From assembly GCA_964276515.1 (NCBI GenBank), contig OZ193910.1:5456001-5520000 (forward strand): a stretch of 64,000 nt of DNA, in the 5' to 3' direction. The position numbers were made by a program, and so were the translations under genes. Positions 61,101-64,000 of the stretch are shown in pieces. The notes beneath the pieces are model-generated. The model saw only the letters and a program-made list of their open reading frames with translations. It did no database searches and was not told the origin of the DNA. This DNA is from Gordius albopunctatus. Lineage: Eukaryota. Position 1 is the stretch's first letter. Every line of letters starts with the position of its first letter.

Positions 61101-63468
61101 CAAGGAATGACGAGTGCCCTGCTTTTAAGGATCGCAGTAATTGTAGTAAAGAATGCAGTAGCGTGCTTCGAAAGTAAGTTTGCCCACATTATTTTCAAGC
61201 TCAATCGATCGAATTGGGAATAACTCTTCCCACAATTTTTAAAGTCAACTTCGTTTAATTTTGCAAGAGGCGAGATATGATATGGCGCTTTCATAAAATT
61301 TAGTAGGATGAGCTATCCCATGTTATTTATTCCATAAAAAGTTTTTAATTAAAGATATTTCATTCAGATCTATACGGCAAAAATTTTGCAAAGCGAGTTC
61401 CATGAGCGAAGAAACTCTTACAAAGTTTTCGACTCCAGGTATAACTGTTTATGAAACAATTTGAAGCAATTTCTATCATTTATCATAGGGTCGTCAAATA
61501 TAAAGGTTGTCTCGAATTCCGCCCGTAAAAATAAGATGAACAATTTGGAAAAATCGTACAACAAATCCAAAGGGTAATTTTATGCATTCCATTCCTCACC
61601 TTCAAATTTGTTAAATATAGCATGTTGGTGCCCAAGGGAGTAACCGGGGTTCGTAAGTTGTTTTACAAGCTGGCATCGATCGAAAAGATTCGTTCTCAAG
61701 ACGTAATTGTAATAAAATACATTTAATAAATTTATTCAAATCCATAATAATGCTATCCTCATAGAATTCGAAAACGAGTTTTACCAATTATACGGGTGAA
61801 GGATCTACGACCCAATTAAGCGCAGATTGCGGGAGCAACAATAATTTTGAGGAAAGTTATGGCAATGGGGTGAGGGAAGAGACATTTTGCGATTTAGCCA
61901 CCTACGAATTCAAGCCAAATGACGTTGGGAATGGGTGTCACAATGAATCCAGTGCCACACGTAATTACGATAATCACAGCAAATGCAATCTTTTCAAATT
62001 TAACAACGACTCGTTCAAGCAAAATGTCGGTGGTAGTGGAGGAAAAACCTATCATAATTACGGCGTTGGGCGTAAAAGTTTAAGCTGTAGCGAATTGCCA
62101 ACGTTAAGACGCGGCGCCAAATTTATGCGTGGCCATCTAAGCCAGCATCCCGAAACTTGCGATGAGAGCTATGATGACTACCAAAAATATTCCATTGATT
62201 CCATTATCAGTAATAGCGAAAGTGATAACAACTCCCCGATGGAAATTGTTGATACATGCGTGGAAAATGAGTTTGAAAGGAATCGTTCGTCTCAAGTAAC
62301 TCTACGTAAAATCCCCTTAAGGGGCAATACTTCGTTTCCTCCCTCCATCATGGAAAGTCCGTTGACTAATGCAAACCAAGTTACAGCCAATTTCACGTCT
62401 CCAACTTCAACCACCGTGCAAAGCTTTTTAAACTTAAATCTCGAATCGCCAGCCCAAATGGACAAAATGTTTGTTGTTCCCAAACTTGCCTCCGAAAATA
62501 CCACGAATTTGGCTTCAAAGTCGTGTAGTTTAAACGCGTTAAACGAAAGAGACCGAGCGCACATTAATAACGGAGGCGGCAGAAAGTTGTTAGCCCGCGG
62601 CCGTCCAAATTCCCTCAAATCTGGTCTTAACCCTTACAAATTGAGAAAGATGGCGAAACAGTTTAAAGGTGGCGAATTGTCATCTCCTATTAAGGTGACG
62701 AAAATTGTTGAATTTGATAAGGCCATCGAGCCTTCAAATCTAACTGGGAAGGAAACCTCTAACACCTCTGAAAACCATATTAATCATATTACGGTTGATG
62801 ATAGGAGCGACACTGAACAATTATTTGCACCGAAAAACGCTGGTAAAATCGCCGTAAATCAGGTTAAAAAAATCAAACTTATCAATAGCCCGATGGATAA
62901 CGATGAAGAGAGTGTGGGAAATGGGAATTTCTTAGTTAAAACGCCTAATCAAAATATCGAAAAATTGAAACGCGAAGCTAAAAGGGATGACTCATTCGAA
63001 AGCACATCTCCTGGCAACAACAATGATTCGAGGTGTTCCATAAGGTGTAACCCGTACAAAACGGTTTCGGATCAGATTCGAAAGTACAATCGCATAGCGG
63101 AACGCCAGAAATATATCGAACTTGAGGCTATGCGGAGTGATAGAAAACCACCACCCCTCCCGCCCAAAAATGTGAAATTGGGCAAAAAGGAGTTGCAAAA
63201 AACTGTAGTATCCGACACCGACTTCTTTAGAGGGAAAAAATTGAATTCCACCAATTTCAGTAATCCCACGATAACCAATGGAAATGAAGATTATTCGCTG
63301 AAGGCGATTAAAAATAAAATTAATTTGGGGGATCGGGATAAAATAAATATCGTTGGCGAAGTTGGAGGAAACGACACTAAAATTTTGACTGGGACTAAAC
63401 GCAAATTTGCCAATAACTTAGTTTTGTCACCTTTTGTCGCAAAATCCACTCATTTTAATGTGGAATGA
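58196..63468 (+). CDS. Rho GTPase-activating protein, ARHGAP11A-like architecture (N-terminal RhoGAP, long low-complexity tail), 12 predicted exons
   Basis: Exons 58196-58318, 58539-58624, 58663-58759 (EGIFRKSGS, arginine finger), 58806-59035 (DACCLFKAFFAKLPEPIIP), 59121-59375 (NKMSSDNLATVMTPNFL), ~59593-59891, 60341-60484, 60912-61173, 61368-61438, 61489-61573, 61621-61702, 61765-63468; phases consistent. Orthology not established. Confidence 0.85.
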
Positions 63469-64000
63469 TGGCTATGCTATTGCACAAAAATTGTACATAC
63501 GACAATTATTTATTATATAAAATGGTTACCCCGCCTCACAATATTAATATTATTAATTAATAAATGCGAGTTATATATAGCGTATAAATATTTCAGAAAA
63601 TCAATATTTTTTAATTTCAAGATAAAACCTTGAAGTTTAGAATTAGCATATGTGATCATAGAAGATAGTGTGCGCAATGTAGTCAAGCTATAGTTGTAAA
63701 AACGATATTTTATAATCGGTACATAGATTACAAAGATCTAGATAAATTCTAGACATTCATAGATACCATTTCTGAATAAGTATGGTTTGATTTTAAAATA
63801 ATTAGGATTATGAAGTTAATTAAAACCTTGATTGATAAGTCTCTACTATTTATAAGTGTTATAAAAACTGCTTGGTTTTGATTGGTCGGCCATTGGTTCT
63901 GCTAAGAAGACTATAGCCTGTTTATGTTTATTCGACCAATCAAAACCCAGCCGTTTTTACAACACTACTATTTATTATTATACATCTTTTAGATGTGAAA

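Overview
AT-rich eukaryotic (invertebrate-animal-like) genomic DNA with many very short (38-46 nt) GT-AG introns and dense transposon debris. Host genes reconstructed by hand from splice sites and reading-frame phase: a secreted trypsin-like serine protease with a long unfamiliar N-terminus (minus, 15515-23499), an orphan secreted N-glycoprotein (plus, 29783-31555), CCDC47 (plus, 39227-43540), a short unknown multi-exon gene fragment (55620-56972) and an N-terminal-RhoGAP gene resembling ARHGAP11A (plus, 58196-63468). Mobile DNA includes several RTE non-LTR copies, hAT and Tc1/pogo-type MITEs, non-autonomous Helitrons, an internally deleted Gypsy element with both LTRs, a rearranged DIRS-like retroelement and CRE/HERO-type RT+RLE non-LTR elements. 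The standout is an apparently intact CRE/HERO-type element (48102-52062, minus, with poly(A)) lying exactly between two apparently identical 555-bp direct repeats of host DNA, which would be an exceptionally long target-site duplication if it is not an assembly artefact. Also notable are a DIRS-like gag/RT-RNaseH element with promoter-bearing terminal repeats but no visible tyrosine recombinase, and one hAT MITE family at the identical nucleotide in two RTE copies. All alignments and gene models were made by eye, so coordinates may be off by a few bases.
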